Assembly (NCBI GenBank): GCA_051294375.1
Contig: CM119263.1
Location: 18,252,628 to 18,316,627, forward strand
Direction of reading: 5' to 3'
Length of the DNA: 64,000 nucleotides
Origin: Paraspadella gotoi
Taxonomy: Eukaryota > Animalia > Chaetognatha
In this document: in pieces, positions 38,727 to 53,200 of the stretch
How positions within the stretch are numbered: the stretch's first letter is position 1
Layout: every line of letters begins with the position of its first letter
The notes under the pieces: model-generated
What the model saw: only the letters and a program-made list of their open reading frames with translations
Database searches by the model: none
What the model was told of the DNA's origin: nothing
Translations under genes and position numbers: made by a program

Positions 38727-41201
38727 TCTCGAAATAGAAGAGACAATCGCCCGAACGTCGTTACACCAGATTTCCCAGTCACGGGCTCAAGAGGGAGTAG
38801 GGTGAAGAGGGAAGAGCGCGTGAAGCGGGTCAGGACGAAGAATGAAAGAAAAGATAAGTTGAATTAACGATCTACCAGATGGAAGAGAAATATGGAAGTG
38901 TGCTAATTGGTCGGTAAGAAGAGACGTGATTAAGTACTATTATGAGCGTGGGACGAGCGAGGGCACTGGGTCGACAGAAGGTCGTTCTAAAGCAGCGACG
39001 AGGATGCGAGGACGAGAGAGAGAGAGAGAGAGAGAGTCGCCTCATTCGGTTATGTCGGGTCGACTGGTAACTTATTTTATTTTAACGTTTTTTTTTTTGG
39101 TCATGTCGTTAAACTTTTTTTGAAAAAAAAAAGAAAGAGAACTTATATTTAAACTCGATAATTTTTCTACGACTGAACTAAATGAATCGCATTTAGATTC
39201 AAACGACCGAATAAAGTTTGATAATCGATCCAAGGATTCATGTTTCATCTTGAAAGCTTAATATATCTCGAGGTCATTCGGATAAACTAAAGAGAATATG
39301 AGCGGATACTTTTAATTATGATTCGCGTAAAATTTGGTAGAAAAAAAAGAACTTGAAAAGGCTCAAAATTTTAACTGTCTCGGTTGTGAAAAAAAAAATG
39401 GTTCTTGAAATTAGTTGATGAAAATGTCAGTAATTTTTTCTTAAATAAAATGATAAATTAAAGAATAGATAATTAATTAAAGTATTTCTCAATTTGTCCT
39501 TATAAAATTAGAACTACTGTACACATTACCGCATTACTGACTCATCGATTCTCGGCTACAGCCGAAACGATAAAAAATCGGTTTCAGCAATTAAGCTCGA
39601 TTTAGACGGGATTAAAGCACAAATAAGGATTAAGATAATCGCTTTAAGTTTAACTTTCACACAACTGTCAATTATTAGGATCCTTTATGTTATCCCATTA
39701 ATTTGATTAGGAGCTTGGAAAAGAGAAAGGATGGTCGGATGTTTACAAGCCTCGTTAAGGCACGTCCCCCCGCGCGCGCCTTTCGCCTTAGACATGTCGG
39801 AGCTCCACGCGGACGGGATGGAAAACGTTTTATGGGAAAAGATGATAGCTTTTGCCGAATGGAAAAAAAAAACGATTGGAATTGAGGTTTTAGTTGGTTT
39901 TAGTTTAGATTATCACTTAACAAATTATGCTGAAAGCCAATTCCTTTTAACTCGACTTCTCTCCTTTCTTTGGCCATCAGTGAAGGCGGGCCTGCAAGAA
40001 AAGAGCCGGTTCGAGGTTTTTGGTCACCATGCCTTTGAATACCGTAACGATTCGATACTGCAGCACTCCTTATCTTATCAATCTGATGACAAAACATTCA
40101 ATACTTCGAAAGTTCAAACTCATTTCTGGGACGCAGAAAACCAAATCCAATTAGAGTCCAGTGGACAAGTTCAAAATTGTGAATCGCAGATATTACACCT
40201 CTTCTTTTAATATTCTGATTTTCAAACAAATAATATCACCAACTTTTTCCGAACGTAAATGTAATCTTTAGAACGAAAGCGAGCGTTTATATGCGCTGGA
40301 AAGAAGATATACCTTTTTTTTTTTGTCGTTCATCTCAGACTGCAAATTTGACAGGCATTAAATAGTATCGATCTCCTCGACAAACTACAGTCATCTTGTC
40401 TCACTCGCCCCTCCCCGAAATTTGGATCTTCTTCCTTAATTGAAGATTTTTTTCAAAGACCAGAAAAAGACCGCCTAACAGAGTTTATGTTTGAAATGAT
40501 TATACAAAAAATAAAAAATTAAGAAAAAAGCTCGTCCGTCAAGACTGTTTCAGAACAGTACGAAAGATAAACAGAAAAAAAAAAACAAAAAAAAAACATT
40601 ACAACGAATCAAGGGCTTTTGTTATTTTTCACGTGATTTACAAATCTTCTTCAGTGGATTACATTTTTTCAAACGACGCGTCGTCAAAAAAAATTATTTA
40701 ACGTAATTTTGACTAACGAACGGCGAAACAAATGCTTTAAACTGACGTCAATTATTTTAATATTTGAAGTTTATTTAATTCATTTCCATATTTTCTCTTT
40801 TTTTTCTCAAATATTATTTTATTAGTTTTTAAAGGATTTTTTTTGCACTTTCTTACTTCTTCTTTCTTTGCCGATTTCATCTCATTTTCGAATTTTCTAT
40901 TTTCATATTTGTCATGATTACTGGTTAATTCTTTTTTTTTATTTTCACGCCGTTAAATTATTTTTTCTTGGCTGTTTTAGCGTCGTTGTGATCTGTTAAA
41001 CTTTATTAAAGTAGCATTGTTATAATTATATTAAAAATATCTAGGGGGTGGCGGCACAACGGATCGAAGACTGGAGGTGCGGAGTCGCACAGCCAAGCTG
41101 CTGCGACTAAAAAGAAAACAAAATATAAAACAAACGTAAAAAAAAAAGGAAATACGCATGACGTCGCCATCGAATTCGCCAAGTTCTCATCGAAGCACAT
41201 C

Positions 41202-44200
41202 ATGAGGCCTTACCCCATCCTCCTTTCCCTACTGACTTTGCCTCTTCTGTGTGGCAGCGAACCACCCCACCATCTCGTCGTCGAGGGCGGAGATTTTGCC
41301 ATAGACTGTCCGTGGCACGAATCGAACCACAGGTACTATGTCCCGATGCTTTTCGGGAGACACTATGGCAGCCCAGACACTTACACTATCTTCTTTGGAA
41401 AACGCGAAGTCCACCGCAACAAAATTGACAAGTGGATCACTCGGGATGTGGACCCATCAATGACGACGAGGTGGCCGAGTCCTTCGCCAGAGGTGTCAAT
41501 AACGGAAGTGCTGGAAGCGGACGATCTCATCCCAGTTTCGACGGCGCGGTCAGACCTTGCAGAAACTACTCCCGCTGTAGAGGCGACGGTGACGTCGGCA
41601 GAAGCGTTGGAAGTCGAGAATGTAACGACAGTTATAATAGGAGGACCTACCAAATCAGTCAAACTCGAAACTGACTTGCCTGAATCCACTGCAAGGGCGG
41701 CGGTTACGAGAACACAGGGGGCTCCAACGAATAAGACTGAAAAAGAAATTGAACCAAAAAAGGAAGAAAAAGAAGACGATGTGCCACCTACTTTACACAC
41801 TTTTATAGGAGCAATCACAACAAAGGCAACTAAATGGATAAAAGAAGTAGTGACAACGGAAGGTAAAATTGAGAAAATCTTCCCAACCAAGGTGGTTGAT
41901 GAGGAAATTACTCCCTCCAAAAAATTTATTCCAGACAAAAAAACGACACCAACTACACAAGAAGACGTTGTAGGAGCAACGGAAAGTGCAATTGATGAAA
42001 GAGTAACAACTAAAGACACTAAAAAGGAAGACAAACAAGAAAAAGAAGTAGAAGCTGTGGCAACAACCAAACTAACATTAGTTGAGGGAACTACCCAAAC
42101 AAAAAAAATAACAGTACCAACATCTGCTCCAGTTGAAGTAATGAAAGTAACTGATGGACCAATTGGGGTTGCAACACAGAAAATTCCTGGAGATGACAAA
42201 ACTGCATATTCTACTGATCAGGTGAAGATTGTAGGAGCTACTGAAGGTCCTATTGAAGAGTATATTACCACAAAAAAGACAGAAAAAGAAGTGGCACCGG
42301 AAGTAGAGGAAAAAGAAGTGATGGTGACTTCTACTTTACAAACAATTGAAGAAAGAGTAACAACTAAAGACACTAAAAAGGAAGACAAACAAGAAAAAGA
42401 AGTGGAAGCTGTGGCAACAACCAAACTAACACCAGTTGAGCGTACCACCCAAACAAAAAAAACAGCAGTACCAACATCTGCTCCAATTGAAGTAATTAAA
42501 GTAACTGATGGACCAATTGATGAAGGCATCATAACTAAGATAACTGAAAAGAAAATGGGTGAGTTAGTTCCAACCCAACAAGGGGTTGCAACACAGAAAA
42601 TTCCTGTTGAGGACAAAACTGCATATTCTACTGATCAGGTGAAGATTGTAGGAGCTACTGAAGGTCCTATTGAAGAGTATATCACCACAAAAAAGACAGA
42701 AAAAGAAGTGGCACCGGAAGTAGAGGAAAAAGAAGTGATGGTGACTTCTACTTTACAAACAATTGAAGAAAGAGTAACAACTAAAGACACTAAAAAGGAA
42801 GACAAACAGGAAAAAGAAGTGGAAGCTTTGGCAACAACCAAACTAACACCAGTTGAGGGTACCACCCAAGCAAAAAAAATAGCAGTACCAACATCTGCTC
42901 CAATTGAAGTAATTAAAGTANNNNNNNNNNNNNNNNNNNNNNNNNNNNNNNNNNNNNNNNNNNNNNNNNNNNNNNNNNNNNNNNNNNNNNNNNNNNNNNN
43001 NNNNNNNNNNNNNNNNNNNNNNNNNNNNNNNNNNNNNNNNNNNNNNNNNNNNNNNNNNNNNNNNNNNNNNNNNNNNNNNNNNNNNNNNNNNNNNNNNNNN
43101 NNNNNNNNNNNNNNNNNNNNNNNNNNNNNNNNNNNNNNNNNNNNNNNNNNNNNNNNNNNNNNNNNNNNNNNNNNNNNNNNNNNNNNNNNNNNNNNNNNNN
43201 NNNNNNNNNNNTAGAGGAAAAAGAAGTGATGGTGACTTCTACTTTACAAACCTTGATAGAAGTGATATCGACAAAAGCAACACAATGGATCAAAGGGCTA
43301 CCCAACGGAGAGCAGAGTTGAGGAAATTGCGCCAACTAAGGAAACAGAGAAGGAAATAAGTCCAACTAAAGAATTTCTCTGGACAAAAAAGTTACACCTA
43401 CCACCGCTCAGGTGGATGTTGTTGCTGCAACCGAAGGTGCGATTGAAGAAAAACTACAAACTAAAGAGTTTGAAAGGGAAGACAAACCAAAAAAAGAAGC
43501 AGCAACAACTAAACAAACTTTAATTGAGGGAACCATCTCAACAAAAGAAACTGCAGCAGCTGCCTCTGTAGAATTAAAACAAGCAACTGAAGGCATTCCA
43601 ACTAAAGAAAGTCAAAAGAAAGTGGGTGATGTAGTTTCAACAGAACCAACTGAGAGCAGAGTTGAGGAAATTGCGCCAACTAAGGAAACAGAGAAGGAAA
43701 TAAGTCCAACTAAAAAAATTTCTCTGGAAAAAAAAGTTACACCTACCACCGCTCAGGTGTGATGTTGTTGCTGCAACCGAAGGTGCAATTGAAGAAAAAA
43801 ACTACAAACTAAAGAGTTTGAAAGGGAAGACAAACCAAAAAAAGAAGCAGCAACAACACTAAACAAACTTTAATTGAGGGAACCATCTCCAACAAAGAAA
43901 CTGCAGCAGCTGCCTCTGTAGAATTAAAACAAGCAACTGAAGGCATTCCAACTAAAGAAAGTCAAAAGAAAGTGGGTGATGTAGTTTCAACAGAAACCAA
44001 CTGAGAGCAAAGTTGAGGAAATTGCGCCAACTAAGGAAACAGAGAAGGAAATAAGTCCAACTAAGAAATTTCTCTGACAAAAAAGTTACACCTACCACCG
44101 CTCAGGTGGATGTTGTTGCTGCAACCGAAGGTGCAATTGAAGAAAAAACTACAAACTAAAGAGTTTGAAAGGGAAGACAAACCAAAAAAAGAGCAGCAAC

Positions 44201-47200
44201 AACTAAACAAACTTTAATTGAGGAACCATCTCAACAAAAGAAACTGCAGCAGCTGCCTCTGTAGAATTAAAACAAGCAACTGAAGGCATTCCAACTAAAG
44301 AAAGTCAAAAGAAAGTGGGTGATGTAGTTTCAACAGAACCAACCGAGAGCAAAGTTGAGGAAATTGCGCCAACTAAGGAAACAGAGAAAGAAATAAGTCA
44401 ACATAAAGAAATTTCCTCGGACAAAAAAGTTACACCTACACCCGCTCAGGTGGATGTTGTTGCTGCAACCGAAGGTGGCAATTGAAGAAAAACCACAAAC
44501 TAAAGAGTTTGAAAGGGAAGACAAAACAAAAAAAGAAACAGCAACAACTAAACAAACTTTAATTGAGGGAACCACTAACAAAAGAAACTGCAGCAGCTGC
44601 CTCTGTAGAATTAAAAACAAGCAACTGAAGGCATTCCAACTTAAAGAAAGTCAAAAGAAAGTGGGTGATGTAGTTTCAACAGAACAAGTCACGGAATCAA
44701 TGAAAGTTACTCCAACTTTGGAGCAGGAATTCGCCACTACAAAAAAGACAGAAAAAGAAGTTGAAGCAGTAAAGGAGAGAGAAGTGACAGTTACATCTAC
44801 TTTACAAACTTTAGTAGAAGTTATCACAACCAAGGCAAGAGAATGGGTCAAAGAAGTTGTGCCAACTGAGGATAAATTGGAGAAAATTGCTCCAACAAAG
44901 GAAACAGAGATGATTTTTGACAAAAATTTTACACTAACTACTGCTCAGGTTGATGTTGTCGCTTCAACTAAAAGTGCAGTTGATGAAATGTCAGCAACTA
45001 AAAAAACTGAGAAAGAAGCCAAAACAAAAAAAGAAGAAGCTCTAGCAACAACAAAACTAACTCCAGTTCAGGGAATGATCTCAACCCAAAAAATATTAGG
45101 ACCAACCTCAGCCCAAGGAGACGTAGTAAAAGTTACTGAGGAAGCAATTGATAAAGGCATGACCACTAAAGAAAGTCAGAAGAAATTGGCTGAAGTAGTT
45201 CCAACTCAAGACATGGCTGCAACACAGAAAAAAATTTTAGATGACAAAACTGCTTTTACTTCTGATCAGGTTAAGTTTTTTGGAACAACTGAAGGTCCTT
45301 TCAAGGAATATTCTATTACACAGAAGACAGAAAAAGAAATTGCAGCAGAAGTAGAAAAAAAAGAAGTAACAGCAACATCTACTTTACAAACTTTGTTAGA
45401 AGTGATCTCAACAAAGGAAACACAATGGGTCAAAGAAGTTTTGCCAACTGAATTGGAGAAGATTGCTTCAACAAAGGAAGCCGAGGATTTTGAAAAAGAA
45501 GTAACTCCAACAAAAAAAATCACTCCTGCCAAAAAGATAACACCAACAACAGCTCAGGTAGATGTTAGAGCTACAACTGAAAGTGGAGTTGATAAAAGGC
45601 CATCGACTAAAGAAACAGAGGAAGACAAACTAAAACTAACTCATATTCAGTCAACTATCTCAACAAAAAAAATATCAGTACCGACATCTGCTCAAGTAAA
45701 AGCAGTAACTAAAGAATCAATTGATGAAGGAATTTCAACTAAAGAAAGTAAAAAAAAAGTGGTTGAATTAGTTCCAACTCAAGTAATTGTTACAACACAG
45801 GAAAAAATTTTAGATGACAAAACTGCTTTTACTTCTGATCAGGTGAAAGTTGTGGAAACAACCAAAGGTCCTTTCAAGGAATTTTCTATAACAAAAAAGA
45901 CGGAAGAAAAAGTTGCAGCAGAAAAAGAAGAAAAAGAAATGACAGTGACTTCTACCTTACAAACTATAATAGAAGCGATCACGATGAAAGCAACACAATG
46001 GGTCAAAGGAGTACCAACTGAAAGCACAGTTGAGGAAATTGAACCAACTAAAGAAACAAAAAAAATTTTTGATAAAGAAATCACTCCAACTGAAGAAATT
46101 TCTCTGGCCCAAAAAGTTACACCTACCACTGCTCAGGTGGATGTTGTCGCTGCAACCGAAGGTGCAATTGATGAAAAACCACAAACTAAAGAAACTGAAA
46201 AGGAGGACAAACCAAAAAAAGAAGTAGCAACAACTAAACAAACTCCAGTTGATGGAACCATCTCAACAAAAGAAATTGCAGTACCAGTCTCTGTAGAAGT
46301 AAAACGAGTAACTGAAGGCATTCCAACTAAAGAAAGTCAAAGTAAAGTGAGTGATGTAGTTACAGTTGAACAAGTTACAAAATCAATGAAAGTTACTCCA
46401 ACTTGGGATCAGGAATTCGCCTCTACAAAGAAGATAGAAAAAGAAGTTGCTGCAGTAAAAGAAAAAGAAGTGACTCCAACCACTGCTCAAGTAGAAGTAG
46501 TAACTGAAGGAGCAATTGATACAAGCATTCCACCTGAAGAACGTGAAAAGACTGGGGCAGATGTAGTTCCAACTAAACAAATATCGCCAAAAATGGATGT
46601 ATCTTTAGGCTTAAAGATTTCTCCAACTGGTCAGATAGAAGTTTTAAAAGAAACAGAAGGCCCAATTAGTGAATATGGTATTACAAAAAAGACAGAAATA
46701 GAAGTGACGGCAGAAGAAGAGGAAAAAGAAGTTTCAATGACATCAACTTTACATACTTTAATACAAGGGATCACAACAAAAGCAACTCAATGGGTCAAAG
46801 AAGTTGTACCAACTGAGGACAAGGTTAAGGAAATAGCATCAACAAAAGAATCAGAGAAAGTCTTTGAGAAAGAATTCACTCAAACTAAACAAGTATCTCC
46901 TACAGAGGAAACTGTGGTTCTTCAAAAAGAAGTCACTTCTGACAGAAAGGTGACATCAACTACTGCTCAGGTAGATGTTGTTACAATGACTGGTGGTGCA
47001 GTTGATGAAAAGCCACAAACTAAAAAAATTGAAAAAGAAGACGAATTGGAAAAAGGAGTTAAAGCTGATTTAACAACAAAATTAACTCCACAAATTTCAA
47101 GTATGGAAAGTGAAAAGACAGTGGGTGATGCTGTTCCAACTAAACAAATAGCTCCAACAATAGAAGTTTCTTCTGGTTTCCAAACTGTTCAAACTTCTGA

Positions 47201-50200
47201 TAAGGTGGAGGTTTTAAAAGCAACTAAAGGGCCTATTAAGGATTTAACCTCAACAAAAAAAACAGAAAAAGAAGTTGAAGCTGAAGTAGATTTTAAAGCA
47301 ACTTCTACTTTACAAACTTTAATAGAAGTGATAACAACAAAGGCCACCCAATGGGTCCAAGAAGTTGTATCAACTGAGGGTAAACTTAAGGAAATAGCTC
47401 CAACAAAAGAAACAGAGAAATTTTTTGAGAAAGAAGTCACTCAAACTAAAGAAATCACACCTGACCAAAAAATGATACCAACCACTCCTCAGGTGGATGT
47501 TGTTGCTACTACTGAAGGTGCAGTTGAGGAAAAGACACCAACCAAGAAAACAGAAAAGGAAGAGAAACTTAAAAAAGAAGATGAATTAAAAACTTTACTA
47601 ACAAAAAAACCAACTTTGGTAGATCAAACAATCTCAGCAGATAAGATAACAGTCACACCCTCTGCTGAAGTAGAAATGATAAAAGTGAGTAAAGGAGAAA
47701 TTGATGAAAGAATGCCGACTAAAGAAGTAAAAGATGTAATTCCAACTGAAGTTGCAGCAACAATAAAAGTTTTCACTGACTACAAAACTTCTCCAACTTT
47801 TGATCAGGTGGATATTATCAGAGCAACTGAAACCCCCATTGAGGAATATGCTATTACAAAAAAGATAGAAAAAGAATCAATCCAAGGGGTCACAATTGAA
47901 GAAGCAGCATCAACCAAAAAAACAGAAGAGGTTTTTGACAAAGAAGTTACACCAAGCAAAGAAATTTCCTTTGACAAAAAAATTGACCAAACAACTGCGC
48001 ATGTTGTAGCTTCAACTAAAGCGACTGAAAAAATAGGTATGCCAAAAAAAGAAGCTACAGTCATATCTGTGGTTCCAACGAAACAAGCCCAGGTTGAAAA
48101 AAAATTTATAACAGAAAAAATAGGAGTGTCAACCTTTGGGACACCACAAGTAAAAAAAGTGACGGAGGGTGTATTTGATGTAGGCATAACCACTAAAGAG
48201 AGTAAAAAGATAGAGGAAGTTTTAGAGCCGACTAAACTTGCTTCTGGAACAATGAAGGTTTTTACTGAATCCAAAACCTCTCCAACTCAGGTAGAGGATT
48301 TAGCAGCTACAAAAGGTCCTATAAAAGAAGAAGATATGAAAACAGTAGGAGAAGCTGAAAAAAAAGCTACAGCAGTGACACCTACTTTAGAAACATTGAT
48401 AGAAATGATTACTGCAAAAACCACACAATGGATCAAGAAATTAGTAACAACTGAAGGCGAAGTTGAGGAGGTTGTCACAAAAAGAAGAACTGAAAGTGTT
48501 TTTCAAAAAGAAATTACTCCTACTGAGGAAGTTTCTCCTGAGCGGACTACTGACTACCAGACTACTGCACAGCTGGACGGTATAGCCTTCACTAAAATTG
48601 CTCGTGGTAAAACTCAGCCTACCAAAGAGACAGAAAAAGAGGAAATTCCTAAAATAAAAGAGGAAGAAATAGTACCTACAAAAAAAACTGAGTTTGCAGA
48701 AACTATCTCAACAGAAATATTTCCAGCACCAACCTCTACACAAGTTGATGTAGAAAAATCAACAGAAGCTACTGAGGAAAGTAAAAAGAAAATGGAGATT
48801 ATAGCGCCAACTGAACAAGATTTTTCTACAATATCAGTTCCTTTTGAGGATAGAACACTGACAACTTCTGGAAGAAAAGATGATCTACCAGCAACCAAAG
48901 GTCCTTTTATACAAGATGTTTCAACAAGAGACCCAGAAGTTGAACCAAAAGTGGTAGATAAAACGGAGACAGTGACTCCTACTTTACAATCTTTGATTGG
49001 AGTGATCTCAACAAAGGAAACCCAATTAGCCAAGGAAGTAGCAACAAGAGAAGGAACAGTTGTGGAAGTTGCCACAACAAAGGAAACAGACAGGGTTTAT
49101 AAAAAAGAAACTGTACCCACAAAGGAAATTGTGGATGGAATAGTACCAAGTATTGCAGCAATTGACAAAAGTGAACCTACAAAGGAGATTAAAAAAGAAA
49201 TAAAACCTGAAAAGCAACAGGAAGAAGAAGATATTTCAACAACCAAAACAAGTAGGGTCATGGTAACCATCTCAACAGAAAAGTTAGCCACTCCAACTTC
49301 TGAAGCAGCAACCAAAGAAGAGATTACAACTAAAGAAGACGTTAAACCAAAAGTAGAGGATAAAATAGGGACAGTGACTCCTACTTTGAAAAGTTTGGTT
49401 GGAGTTATCAGCACAAAGGCTACGCAATTGGAAAAGGAAGTTGGGACAAGTAAAAGTGGAGATATAGGAGTTGCTACAACGAAGGAAACTGACAGCGTTG
49501 CTCCTGAACAAAAACTAGATCAAACCACTGCACAAGTTGATGAAATACCACCAACTAAAGTGGCACGGGACAAAAGTGAACCTACTATAAAAACTGAAAA
49601 AGAAATAAAACCTGAAAAAGAAGAAGTAGGGGCTGTAAAGACAACAGAAAAAACCATAGTGAACGAACCCATCTCAACAGAAAAATTACTATCACCAACC
49701 TCTGCACAAGTTGATGTAATAAAAACGACAGAAGGAGCAATTGATTTTAGCATTTCAACTAAGAAAGATGAAAAAAAAGTGAAGATAGAGATTCCCACTA
49801 AACAAATTGTTTCCACACTATCAGTTCCTGCTGAGTATAAAATGGTGACAACTTCTACTAGTATAGATGATTTAGCAGTAACCCAAGGTCCTTTTAAAGA
49901 AGACGTTATAACAAAAGAGTCAACAATAGGAATAACACCAAAAGGAGAGGAAAAAACTCGGACACTGAGCCCCATTTCACAAACTTTGATTGGAGTGAAC
50001 ACAAGCGAAGATGCAGTTATTAAAGTTGTCACAACAAGAAAAACTGAAGGAGTTCATGCTTCTACAGAAAGGGTTGCTCCTGAGCAAAAACTATCACCAA
50101 CCACGGCACAGCTGGATGGAATAGGACCAACTAAAGCGGGTATTGAAAGAAGTGAAACTACTAAAAAAACTGAACAAGAAAAAAAAGATGATTTAGAAGC

Positions 50201-53200
50201 AGTTACACCAACAAAAAAACCTATGGTCCAGGTAACCATCTCAACAGAAAAGTTAGTATCAGCAACTTCTGCACAAGTTGATGTAGTAAAAACGACTGAA
50301 GGAGCAATTGATGTAGGCTTTTCAATCAAAGAAGATAAGAAGAAAGTGAAAACAGCAGTGCCAACTGAGCAAGTTGCTTCTACAATGTTATTTCCTGAGT
50401 ATAAAACTGTGTCAACTTCTGCTGGGATAGATGATTTAGCTCTAACAAAAGGACCTTTTGAAGAAGATGTTACAACAACAGAATTAAAAAAAGAAGTTGA
50501 AGTAAAAGAAGAAACAGAGAGAGTGACTCCAACTTTACAAACTTTGATAGGGGTAATTACAACTAAGGCAAGGGAATTAGTAAAGGAAAGAGAAACAAGT
50601 GAAGGTACAGCAATGGAAGTTGCCCCAACAAAAGAAACTGAAATAGTTCACGACAAAGTAGTTGCGCCTACAAAAGAAGCTTCTCCTGAGAAAAAGCTTG
50701 AACAAACTACTGCAAAACTAGATAGAATTGAACCTACTGATGTGGCATTTGATAAATATGAACCTACAAGTGAATATGAAAAACAAAAAAAACCTGAAAG
50801 GAAAGAGGAAACTGTTACATCCACACAAAAAACTATGATACCAACACAAAAATTAGCATTACCTACCTCTGCACAAGTTGATGGAGTAAAAACGACTGTA
50901 GGAGCAATTGATATAGGGCTTTCTACCGAGGTGAGTGAAAAAAAAGTGAAGATAGTCTTGCCAACAGAACAAGGTGCTTCCACAATATTATTTCCAACTG
51001 ACTATAAAACTGTGCCAACTATAGATGATTTAGCAGCAACCAAAGGTCCCTTCAGAGAAGACTTTACAATGAAAGATTCAGAAATGGAAAAAACAGAGAA
51101 AGTGTCTCCTACTTTGCAAACTTTGATTGGAGTGATCACAACACAAGCAATCCAACCAATCAAGGAATTTTTAACAAGTGAAGGTGCAGTTAAAGAGGCT
51201 GCCACAACAAGAGAAACTGAAATTGTTTTTGAGAAAGAAATTTCTCCTTCTGAAAAAGTTACTCCTCAGCTCAAATCAGCAAAAACAACTGCTCAGGTTG
51301 ACAGAATAGCACCAACTAATGTAGAAATTGATAAAAGTGAACCGACCAAGGAAAGTGAAAGAAAAATTAAACCAGGAAAAGAAGAGGAAGTAGAAGCTTT
51401 AGCACCAACAGAAAAAACAATGCTAGAGGTAGCCATCTCAACAGAAAAAATACTATCTCCAACCTCTGCACAAGTTGATGTAGTAAAAACTACTGAAGGA
51501 GCAATTGATATAGGTATTTCAACCAAGGATGATAAAAAGAAACTGAAGAAAGTGATGTCAACTGAACAAGTTGCTTCCACAATAACAGTTTCTGCTGATT
51601 ATAAAGAAGTTGCTCCCACAGAGGAAGCTGCTCCTAAGGAAAAACCAACACAAACCACTGTGGATGGAGTAGCAATAGGTAAAAGTGAACCTAGTAAGGA
51701 ACCTGAAAAAGAAATAAAAATTGAAAAAGAAGAGGAAATAGATACTATAACGCCAACAAAAAAAAGTATTGTCAAGGTGTCTACAGAAAAATTAGCAGCA
51801 CCAACCTCGGCCCAAGTTGAAACAACTGCAGGAGCAATTGATATAGGTATTTCCACCAAGGATGATGACAAAAAACTGAAGAAAGTAATGTCAACCGTTA
51901 CTACCACAATAACGGTTCCTGCTTACTATAAAACTTCTGCGAGAATAGATGATTTTCCAGGAACTAAAAGTCCTTTAAAAGAATATGTTACCACAAAAGA
52001 CACATGGACTGGAGTGATCACAACAAAAGCATCAAAATTGGTGCAGGAAACAGCAACAAGTGAGGGTGCAGTTATGGAAGTTTCCACAACTGAAAGGGTT
52101 TCTGAGAAAGAAGTTGCTCCCACAGGGGAAGCTGCTCCTGAGGAAAAACCAGTACAAACCACTGTGGCTAGAGTAGCAGTAGGTAAAAGTCAAACTACTA
52201 AGGCACCTGAAAAGGAAATAGAAATTGAAAAAGAAGAGGAAGGAGATACTGTAGCACCAACAGAAAAAAGTATTGTCAAGGTAGCCATATCAACAGAAAA
52301 ATTAGCAGCACCGACCCCTGCCCAGGTAAAAACGACTGTAGGAGGAATTGATTTAGGCTATTCAACAAAAATTAGTGAAGAGGAAGTAAAAGTAGTCATG
52401 CCAACAAAACAAGTTGCCCACCCAGCGATATTTTCTACTAACTATGAAACTATAACAACCAGTTCAATCTCAAGAGAAAGCATAGGATCATCAATCTCTG
52501 TAGAAGCTCCAGAAGTGACTAAAGATGCAATTGATATAAGCATTCCAACTGAGGTAAGTGAAGTGAAACTGGAGGCAGTATCAACTGAAAAAGTTATCTC
52601 AACGGTTGGTATTATTTTTGAAAACCTAACTGAACCAACATCTGCTGAATTGGAGGACAAAAAAGCAACAAAAGGTCCTTTCAAAGAAGATACAACAATA
52701 AAGGATTTGGAAGGAGAAAAGGAGCATGAAGAAAAACCAACTGATCAAACTCTGGTACAAAAATTGATTTCTACAAAAATTGTGCCAACTTTTAAATGGG
52801 TAATAAAAATGGTGACAACTGAACCAGAATTGGATGGAAAAGAAAAAACAAATGAATCAAGAAAACCAACAGTAGTAGTTTCCACAGACAAAAAAGCAAC
52901 AACAACTTCACAAAACATAGAAGACGTTTCAGTGACTAGAGTGCTTACCACTGAAAGAAGAGAGGAAATTATAACGGAGAGACAATTTGTGCCAACTACA
53001 GCAAAAATAACAAAAATAGCCACATTTGCAAGTAGCCAAATTGAAGCAACTAAAGGCCTAACTAGAGAAGGCATGACCTCTAATTATACTGAAAGAAAAG
53101 ATGAAGAGATTACGCCAACCAAACCAACTCTAATAGAGAGAGTTACTGAAACAACCAAAACAACCGAAAAATCATCAACTGTAAAAGAAATTACACCCAC

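Noticed and set aside
39731-40210. 159-aa ORF upstream of the giant gene
   Set aside because: No motif, no convincing splice sites, intergenic-like composition.
41997-44690. CRISPR-like or satellite array
   Set aside because: Units are 340-420-nt coding repeats without unique spacers, in a eukaryotic context.
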